Shown: positions 23,478-35,227 of the stretch, one piece after another
Layout: the number at the start of each line of letters is the position of its first letter
How positions within the stretch are numbered: the first letter of the stretch is position 1
Source of the DNA: Squalus acanthias
Lineage: Eukaryota
Assembly (NCBI GenBank): GCA_030390025.1
Contig: JASTWF010000033.1
Coordinates: 2,916,001-2,980,000, forward strand
Direction of reading: 5' to 3'
Length of the DNA: 64,000 nt
The notes under the pieces: generated by a model
The model's input: the letters and a program-made list of their open reading frames with translations, nothing else
The model's database searches: none
Told to the model about the DNA's origin: nothing
Made by a program: the position numbers and the translations under genes

Positions 23478-24965
23478 TAACATAGAAGATAGGAGCAGGA
23501 GTAGGCCATTCGGCCCCTCGAGCCTGCTCCGCCATTCGATGAGATAATGGCTGATCATCCAAACTCAGTACCCTGTACCTGCCTTCTCCCCATATCGCTT
23601 GATACCTTTAGCTTTAAGAAATATATCTATCTCATTCTTCAATATATTTAATGACTTGGCCTCAACTACCTTCTGTGGTAGAGAATTCCACAGGTTCACC
23701 ACTCTCTGGGTGAAGAAATTCCTCCTCATTTCTGTCCTAAATGGCTTACCCGTTATCCTCAGATTATGAACCCTGGTTCTGGACTCTCCGACCATCGGGA
23801 ACATTCTTCCTACATCTAGTTTGTCCAGACCTGTCAGAGTTTTATATGTTTCGATGAGATCCCCTCTCATTCTTCTATACTCCAGCGAGTATAGGCCCAA
23901 TCGACCCAATCTCTCCTCATATATCATTCCTGCCATCCCAGGTATCAGCCTTGTGAATCTTCGCTGAACTCCTTCCATGGCAAGAACATCCTTCCTCAAA
24001 TAAGGCGACCAAAACTGCACACAGTACTCAAGGTGTGGTCTCACCAAGGCCCTGTACAACTGCAGCAGGACATTCCTGTTCCTATACTCAAACCCTTTCG
24101 CTATGAAGGCCAACATTCCATTTGCCTTCTTCACCGCCTGCTGCACCTGCATACTAACTTTCAGCGACTGGTGCACAAGGACACCCAGGTCTCGTTGCAC
24201 TTCCCTGTCTCCTAATCTATTGCCATTCAGATAATAGGCTGCCTTTCTGTTTTTGACACCAAAGTGGATAACCTCACTCTTATCCACGTTATATTGCAAC
24301 TGCCTCGCTTCTGCCCACTCACCCAACCTGTCCAAATCATCCTGGTGTTTCTCGGTATCCTCCTCGCAGCACACACTCCAACCCAGCTTTGTGTCATCTG
24401 CAAACTTGGACATATTACATTTAGTTCCCTTATCGAGACCATTAATGTATATTATGAATAGGTGGGGTCCAAGGACCGATCCCTACGGTACCCCACTAGT
24501 CACTGCTTGCCACTCAGAAAAAGACCCATTAATTCCTACTCTCTGCTTTCTGTCTGCCAACCAGTTCTCTATCCAAGTCAATACCTTGCCCCCAATCCCA
24601 TGTGCCTTAATTTTACACGCTAATCTCTTATGCGGGACCTTATCGAAAGCCTTTTGAAAGTCCAAATACACCACCTCTACTGGTTCTCCCCTATCTATTT
24701 TCCCAGTTACATCCTCAAAAAATTCCAGTAGATTAGTCAAGCACGATTTACCTTTTGTAAATCCATGTTGACTTTGTCCGATCCTGTCACTGTTTTTCAA
24801 GTGCTCAGCTATTACATCCTTTATGATGGACTCTAGCATTTTCCTTAATACCGATGTCAGGCTTACCGGTCTGTAATTCCCTGCTTTCTCTCTGCCACCC
24901 TTTTTGAATAGTTGGGTAACATTAGCTACCCTCCAATCCATGGGTACCGTTCCAGATTCCATCGA
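23478..24965 (-). mobile_element. CR1 LINE, 5'-truncated, inserted into an older CR1 3' fragment (~23280-23478 and ~24965-25240)
   Basis: ORFs 23565..24413 and 24483..24992 are CR1 RT. Confidence 0.93.
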
Positions 24966-25259
24966 ATGTAGTGAGGTCCACATTCTAGCCACTCTGAGTA
25001 CAGAAATTGCTCTTTATTTCCAATTGAATTTATTAGTAAATATCTTGTATTTATGACCCCAAGTGTTGCATTCTCCCACAAGTGTAAACATTCTCTCCAC
25101 ATCTACCCTGTCCAACCCATTCATAATTTTCAAGATCTCTATCAGGCCTCAGCAAAGTCCTCTCTCTTCTATAGCAGAAAGGCCCAACCTGTTCAATCTT
25201 TCCCGATAGTTGCAATCTTTCAGTTCTGGTGCCATCCACCTAATTATTTGTAAGAACGA

Positions 25260-26068
25260 AGCTATTGGCCCACTTCACGAGCTCCATTGCCTAAACAACG
25301 ACTCCATTCCTCTCCTTAGCACCAAAAAATGCTGTTTGCAACCTTGGTGTCGTATTTGACCACGGGATGATCTTCCGACCGGATATTCACTCCATCACCA
25401 GGACGGCTTACTTCCACCTCGGTAACATCGCCGAACTGCGCCCCTGCCTCAGCTCATCTGCTGCTCAAACCATCATCTATGCCTTTGCTAGCTCTAGACT
25501 TGATAACACCAACTCTCTCCTGGCTGGCTTACCAACACCCACCCTCCATAACTTGAGCTCATCCAAAGCTGTGCTGCCCGTAACCTTACCCACACCAAAT
25601 CCCGGTAAACCACCACCCCTTTGATCGCTGACCTACAGTGACTCCCGTTCCGGCAATGCCTCCATTTTAAAATGATCATCCTTGCTTTCAAATCATTCCA
25701 TGACCTCGCCCTCCCGACCTCTGCAAGCTCCACCAGCCCCACAACACTCCCGAGATCTCTGTCTTCCTCTAATTCTGGCCTCTTTCACATCCCCGATTGT
25801 AACCGCTCCACCATTGGCGGCTGTGCTTTCAGCTGCCTGCGCCCTAAGCTCAGGAAGCCCCTCCCTAAACCTCTCTGCTTCTCTAAATCTCCCTCCTCCT
25901 TTAAGATGCTGCTTAAAACTTACCTCTTTGACTAAGCTTTTGGTCATCTTTCCAGATATCTTCTTATGTGGCTCAGGGTCAGGTGTTGTTCAATGTCGCT
26001 CCCGTGAATCGCTTGGGTCATTTTACTATGTTAAAGGCGCTATATAAATACAAGTTGTTGTTATTGTA
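25260..26068 (+). mobile_element. L2-like LINE 3' fragment
   Basis: AYFHLGNIAELRP..IIYAFASSRLD..NSLLAGLP. Tail AAAGGCGCTATATAAATACAAGTTGTTG. Confidence 0.78.
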
Positions 26069-26069
26069 A

Positions 26070-27186
26070 GTATTTTTTGCACTTTCTCCAGTTCTTCTAT
26101 GTCCTTTTTATATTATGGAGACCATAACTCTGCACAGTTCTCTAAGTGTGACGTGACCCGGGTCCTATACATGTTTAATACAATTTACAAAGTATTTACA
26201 GGTCAGAGACAGGCCATTCGACTCAAAATGTCCATGTTGGTGTCCATGCTCCACACGACCCTCCACCCACCCTCCTTCATCTAACCCAGTAAAAATATCA
26301 TTCTATTCCTTTCCCCCTTTAAATGTGTCTGTGCTATTCGCATCAACTACTCCTTGTGGTAGCGAGTTCCACATTCTGACCACTCATTCGGTAAAAAGTT
26401 TTCTCGTGAATTCCCTAATAGATTTATTAATGACTATCTTAAATCTATGGCCCCGAGTTCTAGTCTCTCCTGAAAGTGGAAACACCTTCTCTAATCTACC
26501 CTATGAAACCCTTTCATAATCTCAAAGAACTCTATCTGATCATCCCTCAGTCTTCACTTTCCTAAAGAAAAGAGCCCCAGCCTGTTCAGTCTTTCCTGAC
26601 AGGTATAACCTCTCAGTTGTGGTATCATTGTAGTAAATACTGTTTGTACTTTCGCCAGTCCCTCTATGTCCTTTTTATAAGATGGAGACCATGTTCGCAG
26701 TACACCAAGTGTGGTCTAACCAAGGTTCCATACAAGTTTAACATAACTTCTATTCTTTACAATTCTATCCCTCTAGAAATGAACCCCAGTGATTTCTTTG
26801 TTTTTATGGCCTTATCAACCTGCATTGCAACTTTTAGTGATTTATGTAACTGTATCCTCACATCGCTCTGTCCCTCAACCCCGTTCAGAACTTATTCTCC
26901 AAGGAGTCTGTGACCTCCGTATTCTTCCTATTAAAATGCACTACCTCGCATTTCTCTATATTGAGGTTAATTTGCCAGTTACACACCCATTCTGCAAGTT
27001 TATTAACGTCCTCCTATATTTTGTCACAGTCCTCCTCTATATTAAGTATAAACTCCCATTTGGGTGGCATCCGCAATGTTTGAAATTGCACTTCCGATTC
27101 CTGAGTCCTAATTGTTGAAGTAAATGGTGAACAAAAGTGTTGCCAGCACCGATCCTTGTGAAACACCACTTCCCACCACTGGCCAA
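26070..27186 (-). mobile_element. Old CR1 fragments (ERV target site)
   Basis: SGVSQGSVLATLLFTIYFNN on the minus strand and a degenerate CR1 3' end. Confidence 0.75.
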
Positions 27187-27760
27187 TGTTGGAGTAAAAG
27201 TGAGATGGTTACCTGAAACAAAATGGACTCTGTGGAACAAAATGGACTCTGTGGAACAAAATGGACTCTGTGGAACAAAGGGACTCTGTGAAACAAAATG
27301 GACTCTGTGGAACAAAATGGACTCTGTGGAACAAAATGGACTCTGTGGAACAAAATGGACTCTGTGGAACAAAATGGACTCTGTGGAACAAAGGGACTCT
27401 GTGGAACAAAGGGACTCTGTGAAAATACATTAAAATGTGCTGACTAACCTTGAGCTACATCCTGTCATTGCATGAAACTACAGAACAGACAAAAGCCAGA
27501 CCACCAAGGTCCAGATAACGGTTGTTCTTAAAGGAATGTAATTGGAGGTCATTGTTGCTAGGGGGGAATAATTGGCTAAAGTGTAACTAACCAAGACTGC
27601 TGTGCTTGTGGAATGTATAAAAAGAAGCACAACAGCCATTTTAAAATTGAGAAGGTGACTGCGTGCACTGCGGAGTGCCAAGCACTTCTCCCAAAGCTTT
27701 GTTCAATAAACTGCATGTTGAATCTTTAAGTCTGACTCCGAGTGGTGATTTCCCACAACA
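27187..27760 (+). repeat. 5' LTR (574 bp)
   Basis: TGTTG..CAACA. 11 copies of a 19/18-bp U3 repeat, TATAAAA 27616-27622, AATAAA 27705-27710. Confidence 0.95.
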
Positions 27761-27763
27761 AAT

Positions 27764-27781
27764 TGGCGCTGCGAGCAGGGT
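27764..27781 (+). promoter_or_regulatory. Primer-binding site, probably tRNA-Ser
   Basis: TGGCGCTGCGAGCAGGGT, 3 nt after the LTR. From memory it is complementary to vertebrate tRNA-Ser (TGA/CGA) 3' ends with about one mismatch. Confidence 0.75.
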
Positions 27782-28311
27782 CTCACTGCTGGTGAGTTGA
27801 TCGGTTGGCCTCGATCGGCGAACTGGAGTAGAGACTATTGAACTGTGGAAGTCAGACTGAGCCAACAATGCAGTTAAAAACGGGTGAAAATTAGGGGAAT
27901 TTATGGGACTATCGGATAGAAACAGGAATTGATTGCTTGTGCTGATCGACTAAGGACAAGGAGGTGCCTGTCTCAAACGCGCAGCCTTAGACCGGTTGTT
28001 AAGAGGGGAAATCCCCCACGCGATGGTCAGGACCATAAAGTGGGCGTAGAGACACCAACGCACTTAGGACGGTGAAGCACAAGTAGTAAGGACCATTCGG
28101 CATCAAACTTTGTAGTGGCGAACAAACGCAGAGGTACATAAAGTATAAGAATTCGCGAGTGTGTACTGTCTGTAGTTTTAAGCGGTGCGGTAAGGAGCTG
28201 ATCACCCTGACCTAGAGACGGACTCCGGTGGAGGAAAGACGTTGCTGAGACGGTAATCGTGGCCGTGAGTATAAACAGAAACCCCAACGAGGGGGTTTAA
28301 AAGCCAGACAG

Positions 28312-28598
28312 ATGGGGAAACTAAGTGGGGACCTGCGGGTTCCCTTATTGATAAATATATGAAAGACAGACACTCGTTGATTAAGAAGATGCAAAAGGAT
28401 GGCTGGGATGTTTCCCAGACATTAGAACAACAGAGAAAGTGGGTAGATGGGGAAAAGAAAGACAAAACAAAAAAAGCAGGGGTATTATTAGTACATCAAT
28501 TAGCTGGACTAATGGGACAAGTAGCCGGTTCCACTAAAAAGTGGAACGAAGACAAGCACAACATTAAGAAATTAGAATCTAGGGTAAAGGAATCTTAA
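28312..28598 (+). pseudogene. Possible gag N-terminal remnant
   Basis: Position ~550 bp after the PBS. An ATG-GGG start, then a frameshifted Lys-rich ORF 28359..28598. No diagnostic motif. Confidence 0.4.
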
Positions 28599-30392
28599 AA
28601 GGAATGCTGGGATCTAAGTTTGGGTGGTAGTTTTCCTGACTGTGAATGTTTAAGGAGTTGCAGTATTTCTTTTGTCTGAAAGTCTGTCTTTAAAAAAGTA
28701 TCTGTCATTTATGTTTTAACTCCACCCACTCTTTAGTACAGAGAGCTAAAAGCTGTTTAACCCTTTGAAGACTTGTTTTGAATGACGGACAAGTGTGTTG
28801 TTTTAAGTTTGTTAATTGTTTTACAAAAGATAAGCTTCAGCCTTGAAGTCACAGTTTGCCAATGTGCCTGGAAGAAAATGAATTTGAATGTTTACAAGGC
28901 ATGGGTAATTGTTTCTTTGTTAGTGTGTTTTTTTTTCTTTTCCAAGCGATACTGGTTAGTTTAAAAAAAAACTGATCGAGATTGAATTGGAGTTATTGAG
29001 GTTAATTAACCTATTAAAACCAGACTTTTATTGTGCACGGTGAAATTCTGGTTGGTGTAAATTTGTGTAGACCACATTGAATAAGATATTTAATGGTCTG
29101 AAACCAGACTTTAAAATATTTACAGTCTTGGATACAGAACGGGTTCTGGTCCATACCATTGGCAGAGGAATCACAGGGGAAATTCGCCTTTACTGTCAGG
29201 GATAGACAGGAATTTTATATCAGACTTTGCAGGGAAAGCAGAGCCGATTCAACAGTTAGTTAAAGAGGTGTTTGGCTGCAATAGATTGTGCCACAAGAAT
29301 TGAAAAAAAAACTTTGAACTACAATTTAAGTTAAGCTGCTGTGTAAAACTTAGAAGAACAAAAAGTTTGTTTAACAAAAGATTAAGTTTCGGTCTAAGAT
29401 TTAACCTTGGAGTCGCGGTTGCTATGGTGAAATCTTCCAAAGCAGTTTGATTTGATTTGCTTAAATGTGAAAAACTAATTTTTCTCCAGTTATATTCAAT
29501 GTTTTTGCAGTATTTTGGAAAGGCATCTGAAGAAAGGACAATAAGAAATATGATGTAATTTATGGCTTTCTACAAGCATGTACTAGTTTGTTTTGTTTTA
29601 TCTGTTCATGTTCAGTTACGTGAAATGATGCAATTGCGTGCGTCTGACAATGTTTCGCTCCACCTTCTTAAAAAAAAAACCTGCAAAGGAGTTAACCCTT
29701 TCCACGGACAGCTGTTTAAGTTTTAAAAATGAAATTGATCATTGACAAAACCTGTCAGTTCAACAGTACTGCTGTTTGGATTTCGGGATAATTTTGAAAT
29801 GACAAAATGGACTCAGGCACTATATATTGGGTTACTTTTGGGAAAAATAAAAGATCCTCTAAAATAATGATAAATAAAAAGTGTTAATAACTTGGACCAA
29901 GTGAGAATGTTTGATCTATGTTTTCAATCTTAAATATTGTACTGGACAGTAAAGTTCCTCCAGGGCTCATGAATGAGATATGAATGGTAATTAGTAGGAT
30001 GTGTAAAATGGAGAATGGAAGTGATTGAGGGTGAGATAGAAACAGGAGAATTACACCACCAATTGAGAATTTTCCAAACTTCTCAGTGAATAGAGTTGAA
30101 CACACTGGTACCTGTTAGAGGGATTGAAATTGAAGTTGAAGTGGAGAGTTACATGGAATCTGGATTGGGACAATTGAGGGCTAAGGAGAAATCATGTTTA
30201 GTAAGAATTATCCACAAGATGGATATGAGTAAAAGAGAGATCTGGAGAATTTTTTAAGTCCATGATTTGTTGACTAGATGTTAAATTGTAATGTCGCTTG
30301 TAATGATTGTAAGACTGAATTTAACTGTGACTGTAATAATTGTGTTTTGTAGGTAACAGAGCGTGGGGAAAACCAGTACGAATCCAGTATGA

Positions 30393-30790
30393 GGTGATTT
30401 TGGTGGTGCCTCCTGTGTCACCACTACCGCAATTACCATGCTTTATGGGTCTAACAGGACCTGTCCCATCAACCAACACGTTTTTAAGTATGAGCTACAC
30501 AATTATGTGGCACAATTCGGATACCACATTCCCCTGTCGTCTAAGGGTACCAGTGAGCTCATGATGCGACTGAACTCCTCCCTAAAGCATTGTTATGTTT
30601 TGGAGGAAGACAACTCGAGAATAGATATTGAAATTGACAGCATAGAGGACAACTCACACTGGTGGGATATTGGGCTTAATATATCAGCACACCCTTAGAT
30701 CTGTATTATTTCACACGCTCTGGTAGTTCTCCAACTTGTAATGATAGTGTATTTGATATATGTAACCAATGTAGTAAGATACATAAGCCA
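30393..30790 (+). pseudogene. Env-like membrane glycoprotein C-terminal remnant upstream of the integrase
   Basis: GDFGGASCVTT..NRTC..NSS..HWWDIGLNIS, one TAG, then hydrophobic ICIISHALVVLQLVMIVYLIYV. Three N-glycosylation sequons. Confidence 0.55.
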
Positions 30791-31595
30791 ATTAAAAGAT
30801 TACACAAGGACACCCCGCCTGGAGAAAAGCAGGGCTGGTATCGTGTAGGAGGCAGAGAAGATGACGAAGGGATTTGCGGAAAAACGGGAAAGTAATAGCC
30901 CCCGTTTTCATTCGGCAAACGCTCTTGAACTTACACCACGGCAGTGACCACACTGGAAGGGGGGCAATGATTCATTTAATAGAACAAGAATGGTGGTGGC
31001 CAGGTGTAGGGAGGGATGTAGCAAAATACTGTCAGAGGTGCCTAACGTGTGCACAATATAATCCAGGACGGCCGGTAAAAATACAGATGGCCCATCAGCC
31101 AAGACCAAGGGGTGCCTGGGAAAAGATACAAATAGACTTTACGGGACCCCTACCAATGCCCGCAGTCCTGATGCAATTAAGAGCTATCCCTAATCAAACG
31201 ACAGGCTTATCTCCCTATGAATTAATGACAGGGCGAGCAATGCAACTCCCTTATGGAATTATAACAGGAGGAGAGGAACTAGAACCCTTACAGGACAGGA
31301 TCCTCCGGTATGTCCTTGAATTAAGCAAGCAGTTAAAAGAAATGAGACAGCAGGTTAGAGAAAGACAAGAAGAAAAGGATAAAAATTTAGACTTGACTGC
31401 GTTAACAAACGTTCCCTCTTCAGGAACGAAAGTAATGGTTAAGGTCCTGCCGCAAAGCAGGGGTTTGCCCCAAGGTGGTCCGGTCCTTATCAAGCCCTTA
31501 TCAGTGGAGACACGTGTGCCTGTATTGATATAAAGGGAATGGGAAGGTGGAAACACTGGACCTAGCTAAAGACCTATAACCCTTCACCAGTGTAG
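30791..31595 (+). pseudogene. Integrase remnant with deleted catalytic core
   Basis: HHGSDH..CQRCLTC zinc domain. WEKIQIDFTGPLP is joined directly to LMQLR..TGLSPYELMTGR. The shifted-frame C-terminus has PRWSGPYQ..WKHWT. Confidence 0.88.
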
Positions 31596-31836
31596 AAATG
31601 GACGCAACAAAACAAATACTGGGTATAAGGAGTGAGGAAGAGTGGATACCGTATACAGAATGGGAATGGCCCCATGTAAGGGGATTGGTCTGGGCATTAA
31701 TTAAAGGTGACCAGGAGTGGGTACGGTGGTGCAACCTTCGCGTATGGGACGTGGAACCTCGGTACAATTCCAAACATGACCAGTGGGGGGCCATGGTAGG
31801 GTAAAATCATGATAATGAATAACATATGGAGTAGGT

Positions 31837-32510
31837 TTGAAGCCTATAATAACACTTACTTCATTGGGGTATGTCGTACCCTTTGTACATCACTGCCTAA
31901 ACCTCAAGGAACACCCAGCCTATCGTTATAAACGAGAGATTGCTGAGGCTGTAAGATACTTCACGATCTATCTACCCCCATACGGAGTCACGAGAGCTAT
32001 TAAAGAGATACGGTTGATGGCAGAGGTTTTAGAACAGGTTGGGAATGATACAGCAGAAGCTCTAATAGACATTAACGCCGAGATGGTAGCGATAAGGACA
32101 GTGACGCTACAGAACCGAATGGCACTTGATTACCTCCTCGCAGAAAAAGGGGTACATGTGCATTGATTGGGACAGAGTGCTGTACATACATTCCTGACAG
32201 TTCAGAAAATATAATTGATTTGGCTGAGCACATACAGAGGGAAGTTCGGAAGTTACACGAAACCGCAGGGGCAAACTGGTGGGAATGGTTGTTTGGGGGA
32301 TCATGGGGTTCTTCTTTAATGCATGGACTAATTATTCTTGTTGTGATAATAATTGCTTGTTGCTTGATTATCGGATGTTTTAATATCTGCTGTAAAGTCA
32401 TGATCGCTCGGATTGTGCCAGGGGCCAGCGTGGTCACCGAGGAAGAACATCTAATGGGAACACCCGAAGACGCCAAGGAAGGAGAGGGCGACCTAGACAG
32501 GTACCTGTGA
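31837..32510 (+). pseudogene. env: Gamma-type env TM subunit remnant
   Basis: Furin site RYKR, ISD LQNRMALDYLLAEKG, CX6CC (C-ALIGTE-CC across a frameshift), transmembrane segment. SU is almost entirely missing. Confidence 0.9.
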
Positions 32511-32631
32511 AGAGTGACTTGGAGTTATATGTGTGGAACACCAGGGAGGTGGATTCCCCAAAGGCTGTATATATATATATACACATAGAGGTCGTTTGGT
32601 CATCTGGATTTCGTGAACATCCTCCAGGACC

Positions 32632-32642
32632 AAAAGGGGGAA
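32632..32642 (+). promoter_or_regulatory. Polypurine tract
   Basis: AAAAGGGGGAA immediately before the 3' LTR. Confidence 0.85.
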
Positions 32643-32643
32643 T

Positions 32644-33106
32644 TGTTGGAATAAAAGTGAGATGGTTACCTGAAACAAAATGGACTCTGTGGAATAAAAT
32701 GGACTCTGTGGAAAAAAATGGACTCTGTGGAACAAAATGGACTCTGTGGAACAAAATGGACTCTGTGAAAAGACATTAAAATGTGCTGACTAACCTTGAG
32801 CTACATCCTGTCATTGCATGAAACTACAGAACAGACAAAAGCCAGACCACCAAGGTCCAGATAACAGTTGTTCTTAAAGGAATGTAATTGGAGGTCATTG
32901 TTGCTAGGGGGGAATACTTGGCTAAAGTGTAACTAACCAAGACTGCTGTGCTTGTGGAATGTATAAAAAGAAGCACAACAGCCATTTTAAAATTGAGAAG
33001 GTGACTGCGTGCACTGCGGAGTGCCAAGCACTTCTCCCAAAGCTTTATTCAATAAACTGCATGTTGAATCTTTAAGTCTGACTCCGAGTGGTGATTTCCC
33101 ACAACA
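32644..33106 (+). repeat. 3' LTR (463 bp)
   Basis: Matches the 5' LTR except that it has 5 rather than 11 U3 repeats and a few substitutions. Confidence 0.95.
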
Positions 33107-33282
33107 CCAACTGCACTTCTTTTGAATTCTATTGCCTTAGAAATAAACCCCAATTCATTGTTAACATTTTAATTGCTTTGCTGTCCAGTGATACTGCTAT
33201 TAATTATTTGTTCACCTTTATCCCGAGAGCCCTTTTCTCTTCTGCCACGTTCAGTTTCTTATTTTCTAAGGTATCGGTGATT

Positions 33283-34090
33283 ATAGAATCATGGAATGAT
33301 ACAGCACAGAAGGATGCCATTCGGCCCACCGTACCTGTGCCGGCTCTTTGGTACAGCTGTCCAATTAATTCCACTCCTCTGCTCTTTCCACAGTATTTTA
33401 TTTTATCTCAAGTATTTTTTCCAAATCCCCCTTGAAAGTTACTATTGAATCTGCTTCCACCGCCCTTTCAGGCAGCAGATTCCAGATCACAACAACTTGC
33501 TGTGTAAAACAAAAGCTTCCTCATGTTGTCTCGGGTTCTTTTGCCAATCACATTAAATCTGTGTCATCTGGTTACCGACCCCACTTCCACTGGAAACAGT
33601 TGCTCCTTAATTACTCTATTAAATCTATGTAGTCTTTAGAACACCTCTATCAAATCTCCTCTTAACCTTCTCTGCTCTAATCAGAACAACCCCAGCTTCT
33701 CCAGTCTCTCCACATAACTGAAGTCCCTTGTCCCTGGTACCATTCTAGTAAATCTCTTCTGCACACGCTCCAAGGCCTTGACATTTTCCTAAAGTGTGGT
33801 GTCCAGAATTGGACACAATGCTCCAGCTGAAGCCTAATCAGTGCTTTATAATGTTTTCGCATAACTTCATTGCTTTTGTGCTCCACTGCTGATTAATAAA
33901 GCGAATGATCCCGTATGCTTTATTAACATACTTCTCAAATTGCCCGGCCGCATTCAAAGATTAGTGTACATACATGCCAAGGTCCCTCTGTTCCTGCACT
34001 CCCTTTATAGTTACACCATTGAGATCACATTGCCTCTTCTCATTTTTCACTTCACAATTCTCTGTGATCAATAGAATCTGCCCAGTGTCT
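33283..34090 (-). mobile_element. Old CR1 3' fragment
   Basis: YKALIRLQLEHCVQFWTPHFRK on the minus strand. Confidence 0.8.
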
Positions 34091-34399
34091 GCTTGATTGA
34101 ATCAGAGTTCGGGTTATGCTGTAAGCAAAGGGATTGGATTCGGAAAGAAACGCCATCAGAGAAGTGTAGGATCATGCCAGGGACTAATCTGAAGCTCTCA
34201 ATCCCTCCAGCCTGAGGAACAGTTTATAAGGGTAAAGACCCAGCCAAATGTTCTTGGCATTTAGTGTCTTGATTTCGGCTCCAATTATATTTTATTCCGC
34301 TAATGGAAAATATGCCAGTAAACTGAGTAAGGAGATAACTTTATATGCAGGAATGAGCGTCAGTTAGAAGGTGTTGCATGAATGACTTTTTAACCGAAG

Positions 34400-34860
34400 G
34401 TCAGCCAGGAGCGTATTGAATGGTGGAGTAGGCTTGAAGGGCCGAATGGCCAACTCCTGCTCCTATTGCTTATGTTCTCTTGTTGACCAGTCCGTCTACG
34501 TCCTCCTGAAGTCTGTTACTATCCTCCTCATTGTGTGCTACATTTCAGAGTTTTGATGCCCACTATACCCAACTCTAGGTCATTAAAATATATCAAAGAG
34601 AGCACTGGTCCTAATAGCGACCCCTGGGGAACACCTCTGTATAATTCCCTCCAGACTGAAAAACAACCGGCCACCACTACTCTCTGCTTTCTGACCCTTA
34701 GCCAATTTGGTATCCATGCTGCCCTGTCCTATTAATCGCATGGACTAAAATTTTATGAACAGTTATGTCATGTGGTACTTTGTCAAACGCCTTTTGAAAG
34801 TCCATATACACAACCAAAACCGCACTACCCTCATGATGTTATATTTTCCTACCAAAGTGC
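34400..34860. mobile_element. Short CR1 pieces (plus-strand 3' hairpin ~34400-34480, then minus-strand RT fragment)
   Basis: TCAGCCAGG..GAATGG..CTCCTGCTCC, and GACCCCTGGGGAACACC (reverse of GVPQG). Confidence 0.7.
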
Positions 34861-35227
34861 ATCACCTCGCGTTCATCTCTGTTAATGGTCACTTGTCACT
34901 TAACTGCGCAGTCTGTATGTTTTCTAAAGTCTATTGTGAGATGTCATGTAGAGAAATGTCTTTTAAATTTTGGAAGCAAAGCATCCGTGTATTGAATAAA
35001 AAACAACAATAATTAATAAAGGCAGCCATCTAAAACTGTGTGTGGTTTTGCAATTTTATAATAAAATCTGAGGATTTATTGCAAAGTAAACTCTTGGCTT
35101 CTCACATTGCACCACTGCTTTTCGAAGAAGTTGCTGAAGATATTATTTATTTCAAATAACAGAACTGCTCTCCTGTTTGCTTTAGGCTCCCTTAGTGACT
35201 TCCGATATATGCATCGAACATCGTAAA

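Larger units (their letters stand above)
27187..33106 (+). mobile_element. Internally deleted endogenous retrovirus with both LTRs
   Basis: TG..CA LTRs, CCAA TSD (27183-27186 and 33107-33110), PBS, PPT, integrase and env remnants. No protease or RT visible. Confidence 0.95.

Noticed and set aside
27037..27433. Repetitive ORFs (FHRVHFVPQSP..)
   Set aside because: They are translations of the LTR U3 19-bp array.
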